From assembly GCF_004010195.1 (NCBI RefSeq), contig NC_057718.1:67769872-67833871 (forward strand): a DNA stretch of 64,000 nucleotides, read 5' to 3'. The translations under genes and the position numbers were made by a program. This stretch comes from Chiloscyllium plagiosum. Lineage: Eukaryota. This document shows positions 50,359-63,620 of this stretch, one piece after another (positions within the stretch are counted from its first letter, which is position 1; every line of letters begins with the position of its first letter). The notes under the pieces are model-generated. The model searched no databases and had not been told where the DNA came from. It worked only from the letters and a program-made list of their open reading frames with translations.

Positions 50359-51099
50359 AAGCTCTAAAGATGTCCTATCCCATCATAATCATCTGGCTGT
50401 TTACAATACTTGATCTGGAATGTCAGTCTATTCTTTAAAGCCAATCATGGAGGACAAACTATGTAGAAAATTTGTACCAAGTAAATTGAAACATTTAGAA
50501 TCTCTCCCTATGAAAGTGGATAGTACTAGCGTTTTATCTAATACATTGACATGGAAGGAAGTAAACTGAAACTTTGTGCAGATGACATTAGTCAGGAAAT
50601 GTCTCCATTTTAGATAAACTACATAATTTTAATTTTGTAATGAGGTAGCACAACTGCTTTTCAGACATGCATATTGATGGGCTGCTGCTAAAATCTGACT
50701 TTACCATTGATGCTTCTGCAATTGATCGTAACTTTTTCTGTGTTAAAAGTAACAGTTTTTCTAAAATCATTCGAGCTTCTTTGAGTGTTTTAATCAGAAC
50801 TGATCTAAACATTTGGAGCAGAGTTTTTACAATGGTGGGAAATAAAATTTTACTTTTCCAATCAGATGACCCTACTAAATAACCTAGGTCAGGGATAGAA
50901 TGGGTCAGCAGTAATGATTGCTTTAATGGCAGATCATTTTCATATCACTAAGTAAATCTAAAATACATTTCTTTCTCTGTGAAGAACACTTGGCTGGAAG
51001 ACTTCAGAGATCAAAAGGATTAATCCACTTCAAAGTTTAAAAGTTAGTTTTTGTTGTTTGTTCATTACCCAAAAGAGATTTGAATTGCATTAACATGCT

Positions 51100-52660
51100 G
51101 TGTGCTACATTGCAGTATAGTATTAGTGCAGTTGCATTAAGAAGTAGAATAATTACCCCCTTTTTAAGGAGGTTAAATCCCAGCTTCTCTAGTCTTTTCA
51201 CACAATTAAAGTCTTCATTATACTACCCGCAGCTTCTTGAAGGCCTCAACATTCTTCCTGAAATGTCATGCCCAGAATAAGATGAGTCCAGATGAGGCCT
51301 AACCAGTATTTTATAAACCTTTAGTGTAACACGCTTTCTTTTGTCGCTTTTATTTATAAAGCCAAATATTCTGTGTAATATTTTTAACAGCCTTCTTGGT
51401 ATGCTTTGTCCCCTTTTAAAGATTTCAGTAATAAAACTAAATCTTTTTCTTTTGGCATCCCCTTTAAAACTGCATAATCTGATCCTTCCAAAATATGTGA
51501 CTTCACCTATCTCAGTTAAATTACAAATTTCATATTGTCTGTCTTTCATCATCCTGTTAATTTTCTCTATGCCATCAACTCCAATTTTGTGCAGTAACAT
51601 TTCGGCTGGAACCTTGTCAGGTGCCTTTTGGAAATCCAAGTACAATACTAAGGTGAACTCCTTTCCATCCAGGATCCATGTTCCTCCTTTGGAAAATTTG
51701 AATAAATTCGTTAAATATAACTTCTCTTTCAAAAAAGAATACTGACTCTTGCTGATTACCTCAAAGTTTTCCATGTGCTGTGTTGATAATTTCCTTAAGA
51801 TCAATTCTAATGCCTTCTCCTTGACAGACATCAAGCTAACAGATCCTATAGTTTCATGTTGTTTGCTTTTCTCCCATCTTGAATAGAGAGGTTATATTTA
51901 TTGCTTTGCAATCTGATCAAAACTTTCCAGATTATAACAATTTTTTGAAAATTTACACCAATGCATTTACCACCTCATTAGACAACCTTTTTTGAGACCC
52001 TGGGATAAAATCCAACCAGGCCAGAGGCTTATAAACCTGCAGCTCCTTCAATTTACTTTGATCTCTTCCTTCCTTAGTGCTTTTCTTAACTTCTTTATTT
52101 AACCACGGGTGGTGGGTCCTATATCTGCTTCATAGTAGGAGTATATTTATTCTGAGCATTCTGAAATATCCCTTCAAATGTCAGCCATGCTTCTGTACTA
52201 ACTTATCTCTTAACCTGATATCACAGATCATTTCACCGATCTGAGTTTCATGCTCACATGGTCTCGTTTAAGTTTAAAATGCTACTTTTGGACCCACTCT
52301 TCTCCCTTACAAACTGGATGTCAATTTAATTATATTATGATTGCTGCTGCCTAGAAGTGCCTTTAGTCTGAAAACATCCATCGAAACATTGAACACAGGA
52401 GCAGTCATAGGCCATTTGGCCCTTAACAGTTCATTCACAACCCTTTTCATGCTTTCTCCCTATACCCTTTGATCCCTTTAGTCCCAATAACTGTATGAAC
52501 ATTTTTCTTGAAAATCTTCACTGTTTTGATGACCTGCGGCAGAGAATTCCATAGGCTGACTACTCTACAGTGAAGTAATTACTCATCTCTCTCCAAAAAG
52601 TCCTACGCTTTATCCTGAGGCTGTGACCTTTTGTTCTGACTCACTGGTCATTGAGAATTA
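51100..52660 (-). mobile_element. Decayed CR1 LINE fragments
   Basis: ORF 51223-51834 reads SQYSFLKEKLYLTNL...YLDFQKAPDKVP...YKILVRPHL. A separate 3' end lies at 52383-52650. Confidence 0.75.
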
Positions 52661-52669
52661 AGTGATTGC

Positions 52670-53620
52670 ATATATCTTAGAGGGATGTGCTACTGAAGGG
52701 AATGTGGAAATGAAGATTGTCAAGGCCATGAGCAATTTGAAAACAGGATGAGAATTTGAAAATTGGGATTAGGAGGCGATGTAAGAGAGTGATAGTTTTA
52801 TTTGATCGTTGAAGAGGGCTTGGTGCAAATTGTGACTTGGGAAAGAGTTTTGGATAATCTTGTGTTTATGGAGGATAGAGTGTTGGAGGCCAGTCAAAAG
52901 TGCCTTGGTATATTCAAGTCAAGACATAACAGAAGTATGAATGAAGATTTAACTAGATGACCTGAGGTGGTTATCAGTTGGGCAACATTACTGAGCTCAG
53001 AGTAGTTGTTCTCCATGATGGTGTCTGCATGCATTCAGAAGTTTTAAATGAGTCAAATGCTGCGCCAAGTTTGCAGTCTGGCCCAGCCTTAGGCATTTGT
53101 CAGGGAAAGAGACCGAGGCAGTATCTTAGAAACAGAGCTTTAATAGTAATCAAACATAATGGTTTCATTTTTCTTAGTATTTAATTGGGAAAAATTCTGT
53201 TCATCCATTTTGGAAGTAAGAGAAGCAGTCTGATAACTTTGCAACAGTGGAGGAGTCAAAAGACATGGTGGTGACACGGGACTGGCATTTCGGTGCACAT
53301 GTAAAACTTAATAGCATGCTTTCTGATGATGTTAGAGGGTGTTTTATGATGAGAAATAAGCGAAGATCAAGGATAGATTCTTGGCTGTGCAGTAGAGTTA
53401 GTGATATGGACACAAGGACCAAAGTCATTGCTCATGATATGTTGGCTGTTATTAGATTGGTATAATAGCACCAAGTGAGTGCAGTCTCAGTTGATTGCTG
53501 TGGAAAAGTGTTGGAGCAGGACGGTATCTTCAACCATGTAAGAGGCTGCAGACTGGTTGAGAAGTCAGAAGGAGGGTTAGTTTACTGTTATCACAATTAT
53601 ATATGATAACATTTGTGACT
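52670..53620 (-). mobile_element. Decayed L2-like LINE
   Basis: aaaacaggatgagaatttgaaaatt and ggaggccag...ccttgg are L2-type antisense motifs. Confidence 0.45.
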
Positions 53621-55126
53621 AGCATGTGTTTAGATTTCTGAACAACCAAATGTAATAATAACAGATCCTTGGGCTGTTCAGAACTTGCTTAGAATATACA
53701 AAATCTGGAATTATTATATCCTTTGGAATCCAGATGTGATGATTCTCTTAACTGACAGTGGCTTGTGGCAGATCTGCCACAACTCTATAAAAAAAATCTA
53801 AATGTTAGAAAATAACAGCTTACCAAGTAGAGAGCAGCAGAATTAACTTTTTCAGACAAACTATCTTTTGTCAGACGTGAGCACAACTAACTTCTTAGTA
53901 TGTTAATAATGGCTGAGTAAAAAGAGGGTTCCTTATTAATAGCACAGTTGCATCAGACTCTGGACATTTATTGTCATGTGAACTCAGTGTATTGTTATTG
54001 ACACCTTTCTAACTTGTTTCAAAGTCAAAACTTCAGTCAGTGGATTTATCATTGATTATATTCCCTGATGTGTAATACCGTCACAGTATGTGATTTTTAT
54101 TAGAATAGAATCACAGAATGATAACAGTGCAAAGAAAATATTTAGCCTGTTGAGTCCATGCCAGCTTTCTCAGTAATAGCTACTCAACTAGTTTCACTTC
54201 CTTGACCTTTTTTTTGTAGCTGTGCATTTTTCTCTTTTCAGATAATTGCTTAATTCTATTTGAAGAGCACCAGCTGAATATATCTCCACCACACTCTATC
54301 AAATCCTAATCATTTATCATGTAAGTGGTGCTAATGATGTTAAGGTTGCAGGTTCAATTTGACATGCTGACCGATGTTGCTGGTTTCATCGTAAGTCCTT
54401 CATTCTTAGGGCACTCTATGTAGTGCTGCTTTCAATAACTTTGAACTAGAAGCCCTAGTTTCCAGAATCCTACCTGCTCCAGAGGTGTGTCATGTCTGCA
54501 AAGAATATTTAGACATATCTTTTTTTTAAAGAAAAAGATTTTCTTGATGTTAGCGTTGGTTCTTTGCCATTCACTTTAAATTGTTTGCCTCTGGCTTTTA
54601 GTCTTCCTGTTGATGGAAACGGTTTCTCTGTTGAAACCTCTCATCATTCTGAACTCTACTTTAAAACTCTTCTCTAAAAGATAACCTTTATATCAAGGTT
54701 AGTGATGGAACAGTAGGAAGAGAATGGCAATGGTCAAGGTGCAGAATACTGCAAGACAGTTGTTAAAAATTCATTGAACAGCAAACTTTGTTTCAGCTGG
54801 TACCTTATGAACTGGCACTCTGGATAACCGAGCAAAATATAAACCTCAAATACTGCAAAATTTACTGTATTATTCTGTCCAAATAATATAGCTTTTTAAT
54901 TTATTAACCTCAGTGTAAATATTTGTTCAATCACATAGCCATAAAAAATATCAACTATTTTGAATCAATAGCTTTGAGCTAGAAGCCCTAGTTTCCAGAA
55001 TCCTTTCCAGAATCAATTTCTTCTCAAATACGTGATCTAATAGTGGTCAATTAAGGATTCTCTGCCAGCAAGATTAAGTCAAAATTGCATTATTATGTGT
55101 GATTTATGCTGGAATTTAAGTATTGT

Positions 55127-55842
55127 TGTGAAGATGTCGGTGTACTGTACCTTTAAGAGAGTTAAAAGCTAGCAGTGGCAGCACCAAATGTTCTCAATAA
55201 GATACACTACAAGCTTTTGGTCCTGCAGCTCGGGTATCTGGTTGATTGGGAATGACAAAACAGTTGTGAATTAAGCCAATCAATTTACATTCTACCCTGA
55301 AAAATGCCAAACTCCAATCCAGTTTGTATTGAGTATATTGACTATCTTAAAAGCCAATGACACAATCCGATGCTTTAGGCGTATAAGACCGAGGAAAATT
55401 GAACAGTTGAGAGGAGAACTCCAAGCTTCCAGCATATAAAGACTGTCTGAAAAATAGCGCTCTTAAAGGTACCTTTACTGATCAGTAACCTGTGAAGCAG
55501 AATCCCCAAGAAGAAGAAAAGACTGAAATACAGAGAAGAGCGAAAGCTGCCTGGTTTTGAGATTTAAAAAAAAAAGTTTCGTTTTGTGAATTGTAATTGG
55601 GAGTTTTATCGGACCAGTATTATAGAAGGGAAGGTAAAAGGTAGGTTAGAGGAAGGACTTGTAAATAGTTGTTAGTTAATTATTCTCTGTTATACTTTAA
55701 GAAATAAAGTTGTTAATTTTTTACTTTAGTTCTTGGCCTCTCGAATTTTCACAGATTACTTCATGGGATAAATCTTTTCTGTGTTGTTGGTTTAAATTAA
55801 GTAGGAGAGTTTACCCTGTGTTGTAACCCTGTGTTTATAACA
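55127..55842 (+). mobile_element. Solo-LTR-like element (~715 bp)
   Basis: Starts TGTGAAG, with CCAAT motifs, TATA-like gtataag (~55381) and AATAAA (~55703), and ends ...taaca. No clean TSD. Confidence 0.5.
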
Positions 55843-57059
55843 ATGATGTGTATACCCCCTGCATTACCTTTCTATTACTTAATCTGTGTTTTTTAAATGA
55901 ATATGTGGACCTCTTGATTATCTGGAATATTTGATCAACCAACTTACTCCTGGTTCAATAAGGTGTCGGTTAATAAAATGTTTGCTGTATTATAGAAATT
56001 GTGGTTTGTCTATTACTGTAAAAATATTTTCCTGGAAATTTAGCTTAAATCTTCAAAATAAATACTGTGCTGTACATCTCTATGACTATGACTCTAAGTA
56101 GTCTGAAACTGTGTAATAGCATATGTGATATTGCTGTGGCTCATTGTAATGATCAATACCTGGTAATAGTCTCTTTTTTTAGAACAGGAGGTTTTATGGA
56201 CTGTCCATGTCACATTATTGGGGTTGATTATAGTCTTTGAGGAACATACTAGGCTTCTTTATCCTTCTGGAGGTCAGGTTCTAGAGAAACGATGACATGA
56301 CTGACACTAACATTGCAGCTTCTGCACATTTAAAACTGCATTTTTTCTGTTCATAAGAATGTTCAATTAATAAGTTTATTAGCCAGATTTTAAGTCATAT
56401 TTTGATAATGGTCACCTTAAACCAAATTGTTGTAAGTTGAAAATGAATAACTCTGCTTAATACTACTGAGTGTGATTGTGATTGATTGAGTTTGAATAAG
56501 TTCAACTCCAATAATTTAAATAAGTCCCTTTTGTGAGGAGGCCCTCTTTTTAATGGGTTTCCTGTATTTTAATGCCTCATCTCTGGTTGGAATTCTTTGA
56601 AAGAAGTCAAACCATTTAACCTAATTTTGCACATCTTGAATCCCACAAACCTGAACCTCTGTGTTGCTTCCTTGTCCAGCATGTACATTTTTTTAAGTTA
56701 TGAGGTGTCTCAACCCTAGACAAGTCAAGGATTTGTTGCAGGAAACTATTATATAGCTATGAAAATCACATTGATGGATTTCAGCAAAGTTTGTAAAGTG
56801 TTACGGGAGAAGACTGATTCTTACAGAAGCAAGACATATGTTGGTGTGTAGTCTAGACTAATGTGCATCCTGAGGATTTAAGAGGATGTTTTTTGTTAGA
56901 TTTAAGTTGCATCATGGAAAATCCAAAGCCTTCCTGTGATTCACCCAGATCGTATACTTGTGGTATAAGTTGATTTGTTTTTGTCTTGTGCTGCATTCAT
57001 ATTTGTAAAATCCAATTTATTATAATTAATTATAAGGGTATGATATAATTGCTTGCTTC

Positions 57060-57650
57060 CATTGCACAGACCTTTGAGTATAGGAGTTGGGAAGTCATGT
57101 TGAGGTTGTGCAGGACGATGGTGGGGCCTCTTCTGGAGTACTGTGTGCGGTTCTGATGGCCCTGTTATCGGAAGGATGTTATTAAATTTGAGAAGGTTCA
57201 GAAAATATTTATCAGGATGTTGCTCGGAATGGAACATTTGTGATATAAAAATAGACATAAAAGGCTGGGACTTATTTCACAGTCCAAATGTCTTTTTAAT
57301 GTTGCAGTTATACTCACCTCTACCACTTCCTTTGGCAGCATGCTCCATACATGCACAGCCCTTTGTGTGCAAAAGTTGTCCCTTGGTTCCTTTTTAAATC
57401 TTTCCGCCCCTCACCTTAAACCTGTACCTTCTCTAGTTTTGGACCCCCCTACTCTGAGGAAAAGATGTTGGCTATTCATCTTATCCATGCCCCTGGTGAT
57501 TTTAGAAAGTTTCCTCAGCTTCTGATGCTCCAGGGAAGAAAAGTCCCAGTCTATCCAGTGTCTCTTTTATAACTCAAACCCTCCAGTCTCAATAACATCC
57601 TTGTCCATCTTTTCTGCACTCTTTCCAGTTTAATAACATCCTTGCTGTAG
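57060..57650. mobile_element. CR1 fragment with internal inversion
   Basis: A plus-strand piece at ~57060-57280 (RPLLEYCV region) abuts a minus-strand piece at ~57285-57650. Confidence 0.6.
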
Positions 57651-58149
57651 CATTTAAAGCATTCTTATTTTGCTCATTAGAGGACTTCTCACAGGGATTG
57701 ATTTCTCCAATCGATTCACCAAAGAAAGCGAATTGCCTCCGGTTTTCCCTCTCACCAATAAACCGGACAAACATGACCTATCTGTGCATAGCCTTTCCAA
57801 AGAGTACATGACCCTTGAGGGACTGACCCCTCCTCCACTCCAGGAACCAGAGAGGCAAGCTAAAAGGGGGAGATCAGGGTCTAGCTTTTGCACATCGATC
57901 TGCAGCTCTGAATCTTCGGCTGTAGGGCTGCAGGGAAACTCTGGCGCCTGTGGGACAACCTTGGGTTAGAGAAAACAGGAAATGACACTAACCGCCCAGA
58001 GACAAGTCTAGTAGACTGCCTGCATCTGAAACTCAAAGAAAAAGGAACTAAGACTCATCAGTTGATACAGTGAGCTCGTTATCTAATAAAAACACTTGCC
58101 AGCAAAGCAAGAGGATTGATGCAGATTCAATGCACTCAAAACACCATTT

Positions 58150-58382
58150 TTTTTTTCTTTTCTGTCTCTCCCCATGTGTGGTTCATGTATGGAATGAACT
58201 GCCAGAGAAAGTGGCAGTTGCAGGTACATTTACACTGTTTAAAAGACATTTTGGATAAGTTCGTGAAGAGGAAAGGTTTGGACGGATATGGGCCAAGTGC
58301 AGATAGGTGTGACTAGTTTAGCTTGGAAACATGGTCGGCATGGACTGGTTGAATTGAAGGGTCTCTTTCCATGCTGTATGAC
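58150..58382 (+). mobile_element. CR1 3' end
   Basis: tggaatgaactgccagag...gggtctctttccatgctgtatga. Confidence 0.7.
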
Positions 58383-58383
58383 A

Positions 58384-58431
<48 letters not shown>

Positions 58432-58432
58432 T
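58384..58432 (+). repeat. Compound (CT)n(AT)n microsatellite
   Basis: Direct reading. Confidence 0.95.
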
Positions 58433-58709
58433 ATCTACAGAAGGACTTGGCAAAATTAAATATGGCAAACTACTGATGGGGTTTTTTTGCATGAATTTTG
58501 AAAACCTTTTTTGGTGCCTCATTTCACAGTGAGCATTATAGTAAAACTACTTTTTTTAAAAACTCACAACATGGAGCAATAGAGAAATAACATGAGCACC
58601 AGAACCAAGAGTACTGAAAATAGTGTCTTTTTGTTGAATTATCTAGGCTAACTATAATTGATGCTAAAAGGGAAAATTCACCTGTGGATGAATGATTTTA
58701 AGTGTTTTT

Positions 58710-58815
58710 GAATCAACCTGTTCAGAGTTGTTGCTACACACCTCTGGAGCAGGTGGGACCTGAATCCTGCCTCCTGGTCCAGAGGTCAGTCATTATCACT
58801 GCACAACAAGAGCCC
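58710..58815 (-). mobile_element. Short tRNA-derived SINE (monomer of the 23.3-kb array family)
   Basis: aatcaacctgttcagagttg...ctggagcaggtgggacctgaatcc...cactgcacaacaagagccc. Confidence 0.7.
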
Positions 58816-59629
58816 CTGCTTATGATTGTCCTCTTGCATAAACAAGCTGTTAACAATTTGGGCGCTAAAGCAGCAAATCTTGGTACGTGACCATTGTGCT
58901 GCAGACTGAACAGCTGAATATCCAAACCCAGAAATGTAAATAACAAAACTTAAATTCATTGTTAGATATACTGCTTGTTCCATGGATGAGAATGCAAATA
59001 GGTCAGTGCTCAGAACTATAACTCAGTTTTTCTGTCATTCTGTCCTATGTAGAGTTAAAAATGAAGTGTTGCATAGTAACTGATGTACTTGTTAAAGGAT
59101 AAAGATGTTTAGTTCTCTTACTATCACCTTTGTATGTGCCCCTATTTGTTTTGGACATGCATGTTTCCCTGATTACCTCTCTGTGAGATGCCTTGGGATT
59201 TTTTTAAAATGTTAAAGGTGATATATCAATGTAAGTGAATTTGCTGGAAAGACTGTTTAAAGTTTTGCACATTTGAGATGTCAATCATGTGGTTATACTA
59301 AACATTTTTATAAAAATAAACCCAAGGGCCAAACTTTATGTTGTCATCTATAAATGTATAGATTTTATCATCTGTGAACCTTTTCTTGTTATAAAGTTAT
59401 CCAAGCACTTTTCGAGTCATAGAGATATACTTGACCAATGGACACTAAAGTAACCAGGTTTTCACATATTATTTACGCTGTGATCCAAACCAGATGTACT
59501 TAGAAGCACTCCTGTGGCTTCCTTTTTATTATCTGACAACTATATCAACTTGATCTTTGAACAAGAGCATTGTGTTCTCAGATCAGCCTTCAGGACTTGA
59601 ACACAGAATCAACACTGACATTCCAGTCA

Positions 59630-59750
59630 TGAGGTCTGATGAAGAGTCACTGAACTTGAAACTTTTCTCCACAGATGCTGCTAGACCTGCTGAGTTTCAC
59701 CAGCAATTTGTTTGTTTCAGATCTCAAGCATCCACACTTTTTTGTTCTAT
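59630..59750 (+). mobile_element. Penelope-like pLTR fragment with degenerate hammerhead
   Basis: CTGATGA(59636)agagtcactgaacttGAAAC followed by ctccacagatgctgctagacctgctgagttt. Confidence 0.65.
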
Positions 59751-59779
59751 TTTATTATATTGATATTTCAGCAGTAAGC

Positions 59780-60082
59780 AAGTACCACGCTGTTAGAAAT
59801 TTTTTAAATGCAATATTAAACATATGTCCTGTTAGGTGATTCAAACACATCCCATGGCACACTTTAAAGAATTAATTCGAGTTAGTCTTGGTCAATGTTT
59901 ATCTTTCATTAAAAATGGGTTAATTTGTCATTCACCTCATTACTGTTTGTAGGACCTTGCTTTGCACAGTTGGCTATGGCGCTTGCCTGAGAAACAACTG
60001 TGACTAAACTTCAGAAGTAACTCAGTCGCTGTAAAATTCTTTGAAATGTCACAAAGATATAAAAGGGACAATGTAAATGCAA
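59780..60082 (+). mobile_element. Deu-domain SINE (SacSINE1/AmnSINE1-like), decayed
   Basis: catcccatggcac...ggtcaatgtttatc...ctgtttgtaggaccttgctttgcac...acttcagaagta...gctgtaaa...taaatgcaa. Confidence 0.6.
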
Positions 60083-60349
60083 CCTAATTCATGAAGTGCA
60101 TTTGAATGGTTACGTAGAATTCTACATTGTCAGGATGGTTTAGTGTGTGAGTGAATAACTTATTGTGGTGCTGAGCCATGCAAGTTGGTTGAATCCCTTT
60201 GTTTCCATGGTTGGCTGAGATAACAAACCTTGATCAAATTAGTAGATGGATGAGTAAATAACTTTGGTGCCTGAAGCATGAGGAGTAAAAAATGACTTGT
60301 GTTTCTGCTGCAAACTGCTTTCAGTTTGGAATTTCTGGAGATTTGAGTA

Positions 60350-62105
60350 GAATGAAAACTGAAAGAAATGTGGATGTTGTAAATCAGAAAGAAAAACAGA
60401 AGTTGCTGAAAACAATCAGGAGGTCTAGCAGCATTTGTGAAGAGAAATCAAAGTTAATGTTTTGGATCCGGTGACCCTTCCTCAGAATTGATGGTGGCTA
60501 GGAAAATGTCAGTTTATGTAAAGAAGATAGGGTGAGGGGAGGGAGTAAGGAGTAAATAATAGGTAGGGATAGAACCCAAGGTGAACAGTTGGACAGATAA
60601 CAACATAGTCGATAACAACCTGGCTGGGCGAATGAATAGGTATAATGGAAACTGTTAATGGGTTACTATAGGTAATGTGATAGTGAGGACAATGTGATAG
60701 CAAAGCCTGGGTGTGTGGTAGGGGTCTAGGACATGGGTTCAGGCCCTAAAATTACTGAACTTGATATTGAGTCCAGAGGTCTGCAGGGCCCCCAAGCAGA
60801 AAATGAGGTGTTATTCTTCCAGTTTGCGCTGAACTTCACTGGAACATTGCAACAAGCCTGAGACAGAGATGTTGGCTAGGAAACAAGATGATATGTTAAA
60901 GTAACAGGCAACTGGAAGCTCTGGGTCTTTTTCTGTGGGCAGAACGTAGATGTTCTGTGAAACAGTCACCCAGTTTACACTTTATTTCCCCAATGTAGAG
61001 GAGACCCACATTGTGAGCAGTGAATGCAGTCGACTAGATTGTGAGAAGTGCAGGTAACGTGCTACTTCACTTGGAAAGTATGTTTGGGCCCTTGAATACT
61101 GAGAAGGTAAATGGGCAGGTGGTTGCAGAGGAAGGTGCTGTAGGGCGATGTTGGGAGTGAAGGAAGAATGGGTTAGGGTGTCCTTGAGAGAACAGTTACA
61201 GTTCATGCCGGAGATGGACAAGGGAGGGGAGCAGGATATGTGTCTGGTAGTGACATCTCACTGGAGATGGTGGAAATGTCAGCTGATGATTTTCTGAATG
61301 TGGATGATGATGGGTAAGGGTAAAGGGAACCCTGTTGCTGTTGTGGGAGGGAAGAGAGGGGGTAAGGTCCAAAGTATGGGAGATGGATCAGACCTGGTTG
61401 AGGGCCCTGTCGACAAATGTACTGGGAAACCTTGGTTGAGGAAGAAGATTGACATTTCAATGGCTCTATTGTCAAAGTTGGCCTCATCAGAACATATGCG
61501 AAGGTGACTGAGGAACTGAGAGAATGAAATGGAATCTTTACAGGAAACCAAGTAAGAGGATGTATAGTCCAGGTAGCTGTGGGAGTCGGTGGGTTGAAAT
61601 TGGATATTAGTGGTCAGGTTATACCAAGAAATGGTAACGGATGTAGAGGAAGGGATGAGATGAGTCAAAGATAGACCTGGTGAAAGTGAGGGCAGAAATT
61701 GGAAGCAAAATTGATTAATATTTCCAATTCTGACGCGAGAGGGAAGCAGCATCAATTGTCTATCGATATATTTGAGAGAGAGTTATGAGTTGGGGCCAGA
61801 ATAGGACTGGAACAAGGAATGTTCATCATACCCCATGAAGAGACAGGCATAACTGAGACTCATGTGAGTACCCGTGGCCACCCCTCTGACCTGAATAAAA
61901 TGAGAGGAGTTAAAAGAGAGATTGTTGAGGATGGGGACGAGCTTGGCCAAGCGGAGGGTAGTGGTGGTGGCTGGGGCCTTTGCTGTAAAAAGAAGTGGAG
62001 AGCCCTGAGACCATCTTGGTGGAGGATGAATGTGTAAACGATTGCACATCCTTGATAATGAGATGGTGGCTGGAGATGTTGAGCAGCATTGGGCTTGGCT
62101 ATGTT
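60350..62105 (-). mobile_element. Decayed Neptune-type Penelope-like element (RT to pLTR)
   Basis: Translations include QVRGVATGTHMSLSYACLFMGY and PTDSHSYLDY. A hammerhead remnant CTGAGGA-gggtc/gatcc-AAAAC lies at ~60455-60487. Confidence 0.8.
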
Positions 62106-62109
62106 CTCT

Positions 62110-63620
62110 TAGAGTCATAGAGGTATATAGCACGGGAGCAGATCCTTCAGTCCAACTCATCCATGCTGACCAGATATCTTAAATTAATCTAGACCCATTT
62201 GTCAGCATTTGGCCCATATCCCCCTAAATCATTCCTATTCATATAGCCATCCAGATGCCTTTTCAATGTTGTATTTGTACCTACTTCCACCACTACTTCT
62301 GGCAGCTCATTCCATACACATACCACCCTCTGCATGAAAAGATTGCCCCTTTTAAGTCTTCCCCCTCTCTCCTTAAACCTATGGCCTTCTAGTTTTGGAC
62401 TCCCCAAACTGGTGCAAAAGACCTTGGCTATTCATGCTATCCATGTCCCTTTGGGATTTTATGAACCTCTATAAGATAACCCTTCAGCCTTCGACACTCC
62501 AGAGAAAATAGCCCCAGCCAATTCAGCCTCTTCCTAAAGCTCAAACCCTCCAAACCTGATAACACTAAATCTTTTCTAAACCAATTCAAGTTTGATAACA
62601 TCTTTCCAATATCAGGGAGACCAGTATTGAATGCAGTACTCCAAAAGTGGTGTCACCAATGTCCTGTACAGCCACAGCGTGACCTCCTAACTCCATACTT
62701 CATGCACTAACCAACAAAGGCAAGTGTACCAAATGCCTTCTTCACCACTGTCTACCTGCAACTCCGCTTTCAAAGATCTATGAATCTGCACCCCAAGGTC
62801 TTTTTGTTCGGCAAGATTCCCCAGTACTATACCACTAATTTTATAATTTCTGCCCTGATTTGCCATACCAAAATGCAGCATCTCATTTATCTAAATTAAA
62901 CCCCATCTGTCAATCCTTGGCCCATTCGCCCATCTGATCAAGGTTCCCGTTGTACTCTGAGGAACCTTCTTCGCTGTCCACTACACTATCAATTTTGGTA
63001 TCACCTGCAAACTTACTAACCAAGCCTCCTATATGCACATCCAAATCATTTATATAAATGACGATAAGCAGCGGACTAAGCACCGATCCGTGTGGCACAC
63101 CGCTGGTCACAGGCCTTCAGTCTGAAAAGCAACCCTTCACCATTACACTCTGCATCTTACCTTTTGAGCCTATTTTGCATACAAATGGATAGCTCTCCCT
63201 GTAATCCATATGATCTAAGCTTTCTAACCAAGCTACCATGTGGAACCTTGTTGAGCGCTTTACTGGAGTCCACATACATAAAGTCCACCATTCTGCATTC
63301 ATCAATCAACTTTGTTACTTCTTTAAAAAGCTCAGTCAAGTTGATGAGACATGAGTTCCCACACACAAAGCCATGTTGACTATCCCTAATCAGTCTTTGC
63401 CTTTCCAAATACATGTAAATCCTATCCCTCCACTTGCCCACTACTGATGTCAGGCTCACCTGTTTATAGTTCCCTGGCTTTTCCTTACCACCTTTCTTAA
63501 ATAGTGGCACCACATTAGCTAACCTCCAGTCATCTGGCACCACACCTGTGACTATAGATGATACAAATATCTCAGCAAGGGCCGCAGCAATCATTTCCCT
63601 AGCTTCCCCCAGAGTTCACA
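62110..63620 (-). mobile_element. 5'-truncated CR1 (HER1-like) LINE
   Basis: Translations include WRLANVVPLFKKG, QHGFVCGNSCLINL and SGVPHGSVLSPLL..YINDL..SKFAGDTKI. Tail agagtcatagag. Confidence 0.9.
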
